Of a stretch of 32,845 nucleotides of DNA, positions 1 through 8,266 are shown piece by piece. The notes under the pieces were generated by a model, which saw only the letters and a program-made list of their open reading frames with translations, had not been told where the DNA came from and ran no database searches. A program made the translations under genes and the position numbers. Positions within the stretch are counted from its first letter, which is position 1; every line of letters begins with the position of its first letter. Source of the stretch: Promethearchaeota archaeon. GTDB taxonomy: Archaea; Asgardarchaeota; Hermodarchaeia; Hermodarchaeales; Hermodarchaeaceae. The stretch covers positions 1-32,845 of the forward strand of contig JBHLPH010000020.1 of the NCBI GenBank assembly GCA_048939625.1, given 5' to 3'.

Positions 1-665
1 AAGATTATCGACGCAACTAATAACCCGCCAATTCGACCATAGTAGGCATCGAGGGAATTTTGGACGAACCCACGGAAGAAAAATTCCTCTGCTGGAGCAA
101 TAACTAAAATGACTGAGAGACACAACATTCCGACCCAGAATAGGTCAGTTGGCGTAGGAGGAGTAGGTGGAGGACCAGCTCCGGGCCCTAAAAGCTCATA
201 GAGATCTAAGGCAAGTATGAGGGGAACCATAGCTACGCCAATTAGAATACCAAGGAGTAAATCCTTGATTAACATTAAACCTCCACCTGTCGAAACCCCA
301 AGTTTTGCGCGTTTCACTCTGAGACTTCGAATAAACGCCCAAGGAATTATGACGAAGACGACTTCACTGAGAGTAAGAATGAAGAGAAATCCAGGATCCA
401 GCAAGATGAGCGGTAATTCGAGTAGTGGAATCCCCCAAAAGATTAGATAATAGAATAAAATAGCGAAAGTGATGAGGAGAGAGATTCCATAAGTGACGAT
501 TGTAATGATATAGGTTGATTTGGGTGCCCATGGCCAAAGGGGTTTTTGGGCTTCATTAATGGACCATGTAATTTCTGCCCCACATGATTCACAAAATCTT
601 GTTGGAGTGGAAATTGGTGATGCGCAATAGGGGCAAAAACGGGTTGGATACTGCTTTTCAACCAT
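1..665 (-). CDS. CPBP (Abi/Rce1-like, type II CAAX) intramembrane glutamic protease with N-terminal zinc ribbon; 3' end truncated by the window
   Basis: Not in the ORF track; translated by hand from ATG 665: MVEKQYPTRFCPYCASPISTPTRFCESCGAEI..., then several hydrophobic helices, then VIAPAEEFFFRGFVQ (the CPBP EExxFRG motif). The start overlaps the stop of the upstream gene (ATGGTTGA). Confidence 0.88.
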   Translation of the reverse strand, partial: MVEKQYPTRFCPYCASPISTPTRFCESCGAEITWSINEAQKPLWPWAPKSTYIITIVTYGISLLITFAILFYYLIFWGIPLLELPLILLDPGFLFILTLSEVVFVIIPWAFIRSLRVKRAKLGVSTGGGLMLIKDLLLGILIGVAMVPLILALDLYELLGPGAGPPPTPPTPTDLFWVGMLCLSVILVIAPAEEFFFRGFVQNSLDAYYGRIGGLLVASII

Positions 666-1350
666 TGACCTTCTCCCCGTTTTGGTTCGGCAAAAGATAG
701 TTATGACAATCAGGGCAGATCCATTCAAGATAAGGGATCTTCGCTTCATCCTCTAACGTTGCTGAGATTTTTCGTAGGCGCTTTGTGCGACAAGACCCCC
801 ACCGGTGCATTGAAGCCTGACAATGGGGGCATTCAATGTACGCGGCCCATTTAATCTGTTTACCACAAATCACACACCTGCGTTGTAGCGGTGCGATTGC
901 CAACGCAGCCGCGATACTGCACACACCAACAGGAAGAGACAGCAGACCGAGAACGATAAGCCCGATTCGAATAAATGAAATGCCTCTTCCGCGGGAAATG
1001 GTGTAAGCAAATAGTCCACCTATAATTATGGTCAATAGGTGAATTAGGGCAACTATTTGTGGTGCCACGAAATAGAAGGGAGATGCAAAAAGGAGAAACA
1101 AAACCAGAAAGACGCCTGACCCTATAATTTGGCTACCAATAAGCCAATAGACTAACTGAGGAATGTATGCAGGTGTTATAGAAACCACATGTGTTGATTT
1201 ATCAGAATCAAGTAGTTTGAGATTGAATTCACAACGTGGACAATGACTAATTGGACCGTTTGAAGCCTCTGGAAGCCGTTCTCCACATAAAGGACAAGCA
1301 ATGATTTGGAGTTTTTTCATAAGTTTTGTGGGTTTTACAGAATTCCCCAT
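658..1350 (-). CDS. Membrane protein with N-terminal zinc ribbon, about 3 TM helices and a C-terminal C4HC3 (PHD/RING-variant-like) finger
   Basis: N-terminal CPLC...CPRC; hydrophobic core; C-terminal CVIC-x11-CPHC-x4-H-x4-C...W-I-CPDC. Confidence 0.75.
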   Translation of the reverse strand: MGNSVKPTKLMKKLQIIACPLCGERLPEASNGPISHCPRCEFNLKLLDSDKSTHVVSITPAYIPQLVYWLIGSQIIGSGVFLVLFLLFASPFYFVAPQIVALIHLLTIIIGGLFAYTISRGRGISFIRIGLIVLGLLSLPVGVCSIAAALAIAPLQRRCVICGKQIKWAAYIECPHCQASMHRWGSCRTKRLRKISATLEDEAKIPYLEWICPDCHNYLLPNQNGEKVNG

Positions 1351-1481
1351 GACCTCACTTCATACAATGGCTTCAGGATAAGGCTTTCCGTTATGAAATC
1401 TACCAGAAGTTACCTATTCGTCTATAAACCCGACAGCTTAAAGGGTTCAAGGATTCAAACATGGCAAGGTGAAGAATCAAA

Positions 1482-1982
1482 ATGGTGGTCGTTGATCGTA
1501 AGACCCTTTTGAACTTGATAGAAAAACATCAACTAGTAGCCAACATGCAGGACCAGGATGTCCAGGTTTCACCAAATGGTGTGGAATTAACCCTTCACAA
1601 GGTCTTCACCTTTAAAGAAGCGGGGCTTGTAGATTTCTCGAATAAACAACGGCTGATCCCAGCGTATGAGGAGTTGCCTTTAAACCAAAATCAATATGAG
1701 TTGAAACCAGACACATATTTAGTTCTGTATAATGAAACAGTACGCATTCCGCATAATATGATAGCTATTGGACGGCCTCGCTCCTCGTTATTACGCTCCG
1801 GGGTCACGATCGAATCAGCGGTATGGGACGCGGGATATGAAGGTCGATCTCGCGGACTTCTCACAGTCTACAACCCCCATGGATTCATCATAAAACCAAA
1901 TGCCCGATTACTTCACCTCGTTTTCTTCATGTTGCTCCAGGAAACTCAACCGTATGCTGGTCTGTATCAAGGAGAAGGATAG
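1482..1982 (+). CDS. dut: Archaeal trimeric dUTPase (dCTP deaminase/dUTPase family)
   Basis: Family motifs PNGVELTL, RSSLLRSG, AVWDAGYEG and C-terminal YAGLYQGE; 166 aa. Confidence 0.85.
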   Translation: MVVVDRKTLLNLIEKHQLVANMQDQDVQVSPNGVELTLHKVFTFKEAGLVDFSNKQRLIPAYEELPLNQNQYELKPDTYLVLYNETVRIPHNMIAIGRPRSSLLRSGVTIESAVWDAGYEGRSRGLLTVYNPHGFIIKPNARLLHLVFFMLLQETQPYAGLYQGEG

Positions 1983-1985
1983 ACT

Positions 1986-2525
1986 ATGTTAGAGAACGTG
2001 AACGTACTCGTTACAGGTCTTCCCGGTTGTGGTAAAAGCACACTTGTTAACCGCCTTTTAGCAACAGCCCAACAACAAGGTTTCAAGGTGGGCGGAATTC
2101 GTACTCCAGAATTCCGCGATTTTACAAAGAAGCGTGTTGGTTTTTTCATTCAGGATATTGCTTCTGGTGAGCAGCTAATTATGGCTTCTGTCAAAATTGA
2201 AAGCCCGGTTTCAGTTGGACGATATAGAGTGAACCTAGAAGCGATTCAGCAAATCGGAGTAGCTGCCATTAACGCCGCGATAGAAAAAGCGGATTTGATT
2301 GTAATAGATGAAATTGGTAAAATGGAACTTGCAGTCTCTGATTTTCTTCCAACAGTTTTGAAAGCGTTGAACTCAACAAAACCAGTTCTGGGGACAATTG
2401 GTCTGCGACTCAAAATACCCGCGATTTCAAAACTGAAAACCCGTTCAGATGTAACCCTACTAACTTTGAAGCCCGAAAATCGCACTCAAATCTATCAAGA
2501 GATCCAGAACCGTTTTGGATTATAA
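1986..2525 (+). CDS. Nucleoside-triphosphatase, THEP1/NTPase_1 family
   Basis: Walker A TGLPGCGKST, VGGIRTPE, VGRYRVN and Walker B IVIDEIGKMEL; starts 3 nt after the dUTPase stop. Confidence 0.92.
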   Translation: MLENVNVLVTGLPGCGKSTLVNRLLATAQQQGFKVGGIRTPEFRDFTKKRVGFFIQDIASGEQLIMASVKIESPVSVGRYRVNLEAIQQIGVAAINAAIEKADLIVIDEIGKMELAVSDFLPTVLKALNSTKPVLGTIGLRLKIPAISKLKTRSDVTLLTLKPENRTQIYQEIQNRFGL

Positions 2526-2543
2526 AAAGTGGAATGACCAAAG

Positions 2544-3404
2544 CTAGCGAGCTTTGGTCGGATGATAGACAACATAGAATGAGGTTAATAGCAGTGTGAT
2601 ACTTGCTCCCAATGCCGTTATAGCATTGAAAAGCAAGTTAAAGAATATCGTTGCTTCTTCTGGTGTTACTGGGACAGTTCCTAGATATATCTGAAGGTAA
2701 ATGGCAGTATTTGGTAGAGTTAGTAGTAATAGCAAGAAACTTAGTAAAAGTGGAAAACGGCGCATTCGAAAGTGGGGTTGGCGTCTCTGGGTTTCAACAT
2801 AGATGATGAGGATACTACAAACAAGTACGAAACCAAGGGCTGAGAGAAGTAGTGGCATCAGGATAAAGATGCTTACATCTCGAAAGAAGGGAAAGAGAAC
2901 CCAGGACATTTGATAGCCACCAATTGCAAGACCAAAGATTGCTGTAAACTTGAGAATAACTGGCCCAATAGTGTCAGAGTTTAATCCATGGTCACCAGGA
3001 ACAACTTCCCGACGGATGAGAAGTGATTCGATAACCAGGATAATCCCCATTACTATGAAAAAGATGGCACGAGACCAAATGGGTCCAATCAGGGTACCAA
3101 TTATGCCACCTGGAATACCTGTGAAAGGGGGAATAAAAAAGAATACAACACCAAAAATAATTGAAAGGAAACCGACACCAAAGAGGAATGCCCATCCGAC
3201 ATAGTCATTTCCGGGTTTGAACACATCATCAAAAATGAGCGCACCAGTGCCGATCACGATTGCCGTGAAAATGGCATAAATCATGAATTCAGGATAAGGA
3301 AGCCAATTCGTGAAGTACCGATAGAGCCGATATGCGGCATAAATAAAGAAGATTAGCGCGGTTAATTGTATTAGCCGAGACATGAGATTAGTATGCTTTG
3401 CCAA
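2544..3404 (-). CDS. Hypothetical polytopic membrane protein (about 8 TM)
   Basis: 286-aa ORF made almost entirely of hydrophobic segments; no family motif recognised. Confidence 0.75.
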   Translation of the reverse strand: MAKHTNLMSRLIQLTALIFFIYAAYRLYRYFTNWLPYPEFMIYAIFTAIVIGTGALIFDDVFKPGNDYVGWAFLFGVGFLSIIFGVVFFFIPPFTGIPGGIIGTLIGPIWSRAIFFIVMGIILVIESLLIRREVVPGDHGLNSDTIGPVILKFTAIFGLAIGGYQMSWVLFPFFRDVSIFILMPLLLSALGFVLVCSILIIYVETQRRQPHFRMRRFPLLLSFLLLLLTLPNTAIYLQIYLGTVPVTPEEATIFFNLLFNAITALGASITLLLTSFYVVYHPTKAR

Positions 3405-3524
3405 GGTTATGCACCACGATGGAGAGAGATTTTATCAGGGAATCTCTAGGTAAAGCGTCGAGGTTGAGAACAAACCCTTCAATTACTTTAGATATCTCAT
3501 ATTATAATCTTAGTGGCGACGGAG

Positions 3525-5192
3525 TCATTGACCCATTTTTGGCAGCCAATCCGCAAGAATCTGAAATTCAAAGGCCACACAAGGTGCTTCAATTCCATAA
3601 TTGTGTAAGACAGCAGGATGAATTTCACCAAGTAACCCAAGGCGTTGCCTGCTAATGGTAATATTAGCAACTCGCCCTTTGATGAATGAAGGATGTGAAG
3701 CTTTTGTAACCTTCCCTTTTAGACCAAGGTTGGCTAGTAATGTGAGCAATTCTGCTTTGAGGGCTGTGATATCTACGCGTGAATTAACAATTGCCGCTGC
3801 GAGATTATGAACCGTGTCTGTGCACGTTTCAGCTTGTGGATTCACTTTCACAACTGAACCTAATTCGAACACGCGATGAGGTAGTTCTTGAGCTGTATTT
3901 TCTCCCAAGAAAGCTAAGAGTCCAGGTAGCAACTTGTTACGGGCAAGATGATATTCCATTGATTTGGGATTTGCAATTTCTACAACAGCTTTTTTCGACA
4001 GATTCATCTTCTCAAAGAACACACGGCTGTTGGTTAGAACATAGTTGGTAATTTCTTGATACCCAAGACCTACCATAAGATCACGGATGGTACGTAGCAT
4101 GGTGGTCATGGGAAGTTCTTGTCCAACAGTCATCGTTTGAGGAAGTTCGGGTTCAATTCGATTATATCCGTATCCAATCGCTACATCTTCGATGATATCA
4201 ACGTCGTGGAGGATGTCGACTCGGTAGGCAGGAATGCCAACATGAATAGTTGTTTGATCATGTTTGGCATCCATTCGCATTCTTTTAAGAGCGCGAATGA
4301 TTGCTGGACCACCGAAGTCATAACCAATTGTTCTATTAATGCGGTCTATCGAAACCTCACGTGGTGTTAATGCAAGATTAGGCAATGATTCACGGTGAGT
4401 CGGATAAACAACCTCAACCTCCTCCAATGTCCCTCCTCTCTCCGCTAAGGCGGTAATAACGATATTTAGAGATTGAAGTGCAGTTTGCTTGTGCGTTCCC
4501 GTAACTTCGACAAACACATCTTTTGTCGTTATCAACAACCGACCCAAATCATTACTGTTAATGACAGGGGGTAAACTGAGAACCTTCCCTTCAGCATCGA
4601 CTAAGAGAGGATAACGGGGATGATCTTTGATAATACCTCCGAATTCCTGACCTTTGGGATGATTGCGTAATATCTGTTTTGCAGTGAGTTCCTTATGAAA
4701 TTCTAGGGGTACAAAATGGATGGCATCAGGGAGTTCGGTTCGATAATAAATTGGAGGTGTTATGAGGTCCAGAACATAAAGTCCAATGCTGGTTCGTTTC
4801 CGATTTCGGCCGAAAGTGCTAGTAAGACGTTCTTGGAGTTGCATAAATTCAGCGATTAGGTCATCATCAAGGGTAAGTCCACGGATAATCCCACAGGCAA
4901 GAAAAGGTCGTATCTTTTCCACCGATTTATCAACAATAGCCTGCCATTTGGATTTTTTAATGGGGAATTTTGGTGCTCCGGTTTCGATTTCTAAGAATCC
5001 TTTTAGCGCACGAGCAATGCCCTCGGTAGAGAGCATATCTACTCGATCGGGATTGACCTCAATGGTAGCAACACCATCGTCTATGCGATCTATTTCACAT
5101 TTGATTAAGAACAAGTTTTCTTCTAGTTCTTCAAGGGAGAGGTCTTTTCCGATTAAGTTTTGAAGATCTGTAATGCGTACTTCGACATTCAT
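3525..5192 (-). CDS. pheT: Phenylalanine--tRNA ligase beta subunit (archaeal/eukaryotic type)
   Basis: NPDRVDMLSTEGIAR, RVDILHDVDIIEDVAIGYGY, GEIHP. Start placed at ATG 5192 behind a GAGGTGA Shine-Dalgarno. Confidence 0.96.
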   Translation of the reverse strand: MNVEVRITDLQNLIGKDLSLEELEENLFLIKCEIDRIDDGVATIEVNPDRVDMLSTEGIARALKGFLEIETGAPKFPIKKSKWQAIVDKSVEKIRPFLACGIIRGLTLDDDLIAEFMQLQERLTSTFGRNRKRTSIGLYVLDLITPPIYYRTELPDAIHFVPLEFHKELTAKQILRNHPKGQEFGGIIKDHPRYPLLVDAEGKVLSLPPVINSNDLGRLLITTKDVFVEVTGTHKQTALQSLNIVITALAERGGTLEEVEVVYPTHRESLPNLALTPREVSIDRINRTIGYDFGGPAIIRALKRMRMDAKHDQTTIHVGIPAYRVDILHDVDIIEDVAIGYGYNRIEPELPQTMTVGQELPMTTMLRTIRDLMVGLGYQEITNYVLTNSRVFFEKMNLSKKAVVEIANPKSMEYHLARNKLLPGLLAFLGENTAQELPHRVFELGSVVKVNPQAETCTDTVHNLAAAIVNSRVDITALKAELLTLLANLGLKGKVTKASHPSFIKGRVANITISRQRLGLLGEIHPAVLHNYGIEAPCVAFEFQILADWLPKMGQ

Positions 5193-5205
5193 GGTGTTCA
5201 CCTCA

Positions 5206-6747
5206 TTAAAATCTTAAAGAAGCCCTCCGAAGCCAACCGAGGTCCCGAGTTACTAATTCCCGAATATCATTAATTCTGAGGGCAGCCATGGCTAGGCGGT
5301 CTATACCAATGCCCCAGGCTAGAACTGGAAAGTCGACACCGAGTGGAAGTGTGACTTCCGGGCGGAAAATTCCTCCTGGTAAAGCCTCCTTCCAACCTAG
5401 TCCAGGAATATGAATGAATCCTTCAATGGAGGGTTCCGTGAAGGGGAAGAATCCGGGTTTGAACTTTAATTTTTTAATACCAACTCCCTCTGCGATTGCA
5501 CGAAGATAGCCCATGAGGTCACGGAGTGTAAGTCCTTCACCACCAATAATGCCTTCACACTGATGGAACTCTGCAGAGTGGGTAGCATCAAATTTCTCAG
5601 GACGGAAGTTCCGATCAATACTAAACATGCGTAAAGGTGCTTTCTGGTGCTCAACGAGATAGCGTACAGAGACAGCAGTTGTTTGACTACGCATCACTAA
5701 TTGGCGGGCTATATTGAAATTGTACTTATATTGCCAACCGGTGGACCCCGTTGTCCAACCATTCTCATGGGTTTTGGCTACTTGCTTGAACACTGTTGGA
5801 TTTTGAACTGTACCTAGACATTTGGGTGTTTTAATATGGTACAAATCGTGGACTTCCCGAGCAACGTGATCTTGAGGCATGAAGAGTGCGTCATTATTCC
5901 AAAATTCGAGTTCAACAAGAGGTCCTTGTGCTTCTTGAAATCCTAAGCCGATAAGAATTCGTCGCACCCGATCAATGAATTCAATGTAAGGATGCTTCTT
6001 CCCTGGATAGATAGGTGAAGTTGGTGCTCCAAGATTGTAGGGTAGAAAAGGCCTGTCTTTCCAATTACCTGATTTCAAGAGCGCCGGAGTCAAATCTTGG
6101 ATCATATCCGTTTCTAATGCGGCTCTTTCAAGTGCTTGACTGCCTTTAGCGGTGATGATGTAGGAAACAGTTTGGTGGGTTACAAGTTCGGCAAGTTGAC
6201 GTTTATCTAAATCTTGTTGAACCGATTTCCGAGTTTTAGAGTCGAGTTCAAGTTGATGTTCATTTAGTGTTCCTATTTCTACACCTGCAGTCAGTGCTAG
6301 CTGTAATGGATGATTGGTTGCTGATTTTAGCGCCGTGGGTGTGAGTTGTAACCAAGTTTCTCCTTCACGTTTTGATACCGTTACCCAATTATTCCGACGA
6401 GCCCATCCGAGAGCAAGTTGTTGTTCAGTTGCGTTCAGTAATTTGTCTTTCGCGACTGTTTTTACGGAAGCTTCCCCACCAAGTTTCGAGAGGATTGTGA
6501 CGAGGCGAACTTCAGGAAGTCCAATTTTGGCAAAGTGCTCTCCTTCAGCTGTAAGCTGGTAAAATCGGGTCGTTTGGGTTGCACAGTCTTTAATGAATTT
6601 TTGTGAATGAAGGCTCAGTAAGAGGCTTCTTACCGTGGTTTCGTTGAGAGAAAGAGTTTTTGCGATAGATTTGGCATCGGAAGGTTGATTTGTAGTTTTG
6701 AGATAAGCTAGGATTTGTTGAGCTTTTTTGGAGAGTCTATACTTCAT
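5206..6747 (-). CDS. pheS: Phenylalanine--tRNA ligase alpha subunit (long archaeal type with N-terminal winged helices)
   Basis: FWNNDALFMPQDHVARE, FRPEKFDATHSAEFHQCEG, FPFTEPS, AWGIGIDRLAM; GGAGGA SD at 6751-6756. Confidence 0.97.
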   Translation of the reverse strand: MKYRLSKKAQQILAYLKTTNQPSDAKSIAKTLSLNETTVRSLLLSLHSQKFIKDCATQTTRFYQLTAEGEHFAKIGLPEVRLVTILSKLGGEASVKTVAKDKLLNATEQQLALGWARRNNWVTVSKREGETWLQLTPTALKSATNHPLQLALTAGVEIGTLNEHQLELDSKTRKSVQQDLDKRQLAELVTHQTVSYIITAKGSQALERAALETDMIQDLTPALLKSGNWKDRPFLPYNLGAPTSPIYPGKKHPYIEFIDRVRRILIGLGFQEAQGPLVELEFWNNDALFMPQDHVAREVHDLYHIKTPKCLGTVQNPTVFKQVAKTHENGWTTGSTGWQYKYNFNIARQLVMRSQTTAVSVRYLVEHQKAPLRMFSIDRNFRPEKFDATHSAEFHQCEGIIGGEGLTLRDLMGYLRAIAEGVGIKKLKFKPGFFPFTEPSIEGFIHIPGLGWKEALPGGIFRPEVTLPLGVDFPVLAWGIGIDRLAMAALRINDIRELVTRDLGWLRRASLRF

Positions 6748-6804
6748 CTGTCCTCCATCCTGTATTGTACGTAGAGAACCTGTGGGGCTGCAGAGTGTAT
6801 AAAA

Positions 6805-6858
6805 CTAGGGGAAGAGAAAAAACAATGGTAGATTATAATTGGTGAAATTCCAAGGCAT
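6805..6858 (-). CDS. Putative Phe-rich leader peptide (uORF) of pheST, MPWNFTNYNLPLFFLFP
   Basis: ATG 6858 to TAG 6805; 4 Phe in 17 codons, 3 of them in the last 5. An in-frame ATG at 6885 would give 26 aa. It lies between a TATA-like box and pheS. Confidence 0.5.
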   Translation of the reverse strand: MPWNFTNYNLPLFFLFP

Positions 6859-6901
6859 CAGCCCATCCGTTTCTCGCTGAAGCATCCAGTATTTGCTTCT
6901 C

Positions 6902-6909
6902 TATTTAAA
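6902..6909 (-). promoter_or_regulatory. TATA-like box (TTTAAATA) upstream of the pheS leader
   Basis: Matches the archaeal TTTAWATA consensus in the bax1-pheS intergenic region. Confidence 0.5.
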
Positions 6910-6963
6910 GCATCCGTTTACTCACTGGAAAAGAGTGGTAATAAATCATTACAGCGTGTAAAT

Positions 6964-8244
6964 TCATGGGGGAAGTTCTTTCAAAATTTTACCATAGGGA
7001 ATTTCATACCGGTTGGCTCGTGAGCGATAGAAAACCACGGGATATGGAGCGTTAGTAAACGCTTTCCGATGCTTGGTGTCAACGAGAAGGATCATGTGTT
7101 GAAGCCCTTTTTGTTTTAAAAGCTCTAATTGTGAACATTTCTTTTGGGTGTACTCATCGCGCCAATAGCCAATGATTTCGACTAATACCCGTTCTTCACC
7201 CCGCACAAGGGCAAAATCTGGAATAATCAGTGTGGATCCAAAAATGAATGCTTCAGGTTCACGAATGATATCCCAGCCTCGAAACTTATTGTTGTGCCAA
7301 CTCCAATAGAATTGCTCTTCAACCTTTGAATCAAGGAATGCCTCAGATATCCGTGTTGCACGTGGGGGGTAAAGAACGGGAATCGAGTCAGAATCCAGCT
7401 CCACCGCATATTTTCGATCTCTAAGGATTACATCAATCGAGAGTGATTCTAAATATACACCGAGACTAATGGAGTCTTGTAATAAGCCAGTTATCACTTG
7501 GGCAATATTCCATCCGAATGATGAAGCACGTCCGAAAAATACACGCGGACCGACTATTGTTGCACGAAGCCCCGATGAGACTGATTCAAGGTCAACTAAA
7601 ACACCATAGCGTTTGGTATATTTTAAGAGAGCCCGGGCAGTAGCACCTAGGCTTTTACCACTAATGGAAAGAGTCACAGTGTCGCTGTTGTAGAGAAGCG
7701 TTTCCAGTATTTCATAATTATACCCACCAATGGCATTTTCTGCAGAGGGGAGGGAATTATTTCTTTGGAGACGTGTTTCTTCGTCGCGATGAGCTGTAAG
7801 TAGAGAAGCAATTACATCAGAAGGCAAATTGAGGGTTTGAGCTACTTCAGTGAATATCTTAGGGCGCTTTTCTCGTGTAAAGAATCCACCATATTTGGTT
7901 TGGATAAATTGCCAATACCAAAGGCGGAATGCCTCCAACGAATCGATGCCATGACGGCGAATCTCACCTAGCTGCGAGTCCTCTAATAATCCAGTCAATT
8001 CTTGCTGTGAAAATGAATAGAATCGATTGAACAGAGTCGCAAATAAAGCGCGTACCACTCGATTATCTGGCGCCCAAGTCAAAGGAGTATCCAAGTCAAG
8101 ATTCCCTCTTCTTTTCCCCAGATTGCTTTCGAGGTATTCGATTAAGCGTTGGGGGAGTGCTTGGTCTTTGGGAAAGATGAGAAAATAAGGAAGCAGAGAG
8201 GAACCTCTTATCTGATATTTAAGATATTGTAGTCGCAAGACCAT
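6964..8244 (-). CDS. DUF790-family endonuclease (Bax1-like, XPB partner)
   Basis: C-terminal PD-(D/E)xK-type nuclease motifs DSKVEEQF, WDIIREPE, IPDF and VEIIGYWRDEY. Start placed at ATG 8244 behind GAGGT. Confidence 0.85.
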   Translation of the reverse strand: MVLRLQYLKYQIRGSSLLPYFLIFPKDQALPQRLIEYLESNLGKRRGNLDLDTPLTWAPDNRVVRALFATLFNRFYSFSQQELTGLLEDSQLGEIRRHGIDSLEAFRLWYWQFIQTKYGGFFTREKRPKIFTEVAQTLNLPSDVIASLLTAHRDEETRLQRNNSLPSAENAIGGYNYEILETLLYNSDTVTLSISGKSLGATARALLKYTKRYGVLVDLESVSSGLRATIVGPRVFFGRASSFGWNIAQVITGLLQDSISLGVYLESLSIDVILRDRKYAVELDSDSIPVLYPPRATRISEAFLDSKVEEQFYWSWHNNKFRGWDIIREPEAFIFGSTLIIPDFALVRGEERVLVEIIGYWRDEYTQKKCSQLELLKQKGLQHMILLVDTKHRKAFTNAPYPVVFYRSRANRYEIPYGKILKELPP

Positions 8245-8266
8245 GCGTTGTACCTCTTTCAGAAAT

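Noticed and set aside
443-661. 72-aa minus ORF, and the 217-450 plus ORF, in the track
   Set aside because: Alternative-frame and antisense shadows of the real CPBP gene starting at 665.
3488-3515. tttagatat...ttataatct, faintly like an archaeal dif site
   Set aside because: It does not fit the 11-6-11 arm geometry; more likely an AT-rich promoter or terminator region.
6919-6940. TTCCAGTG on the minus strand resembling a mini-ORB
   Set aside because: Single partial copy, with no G-string and no cdc6/orc1 gene in the window.
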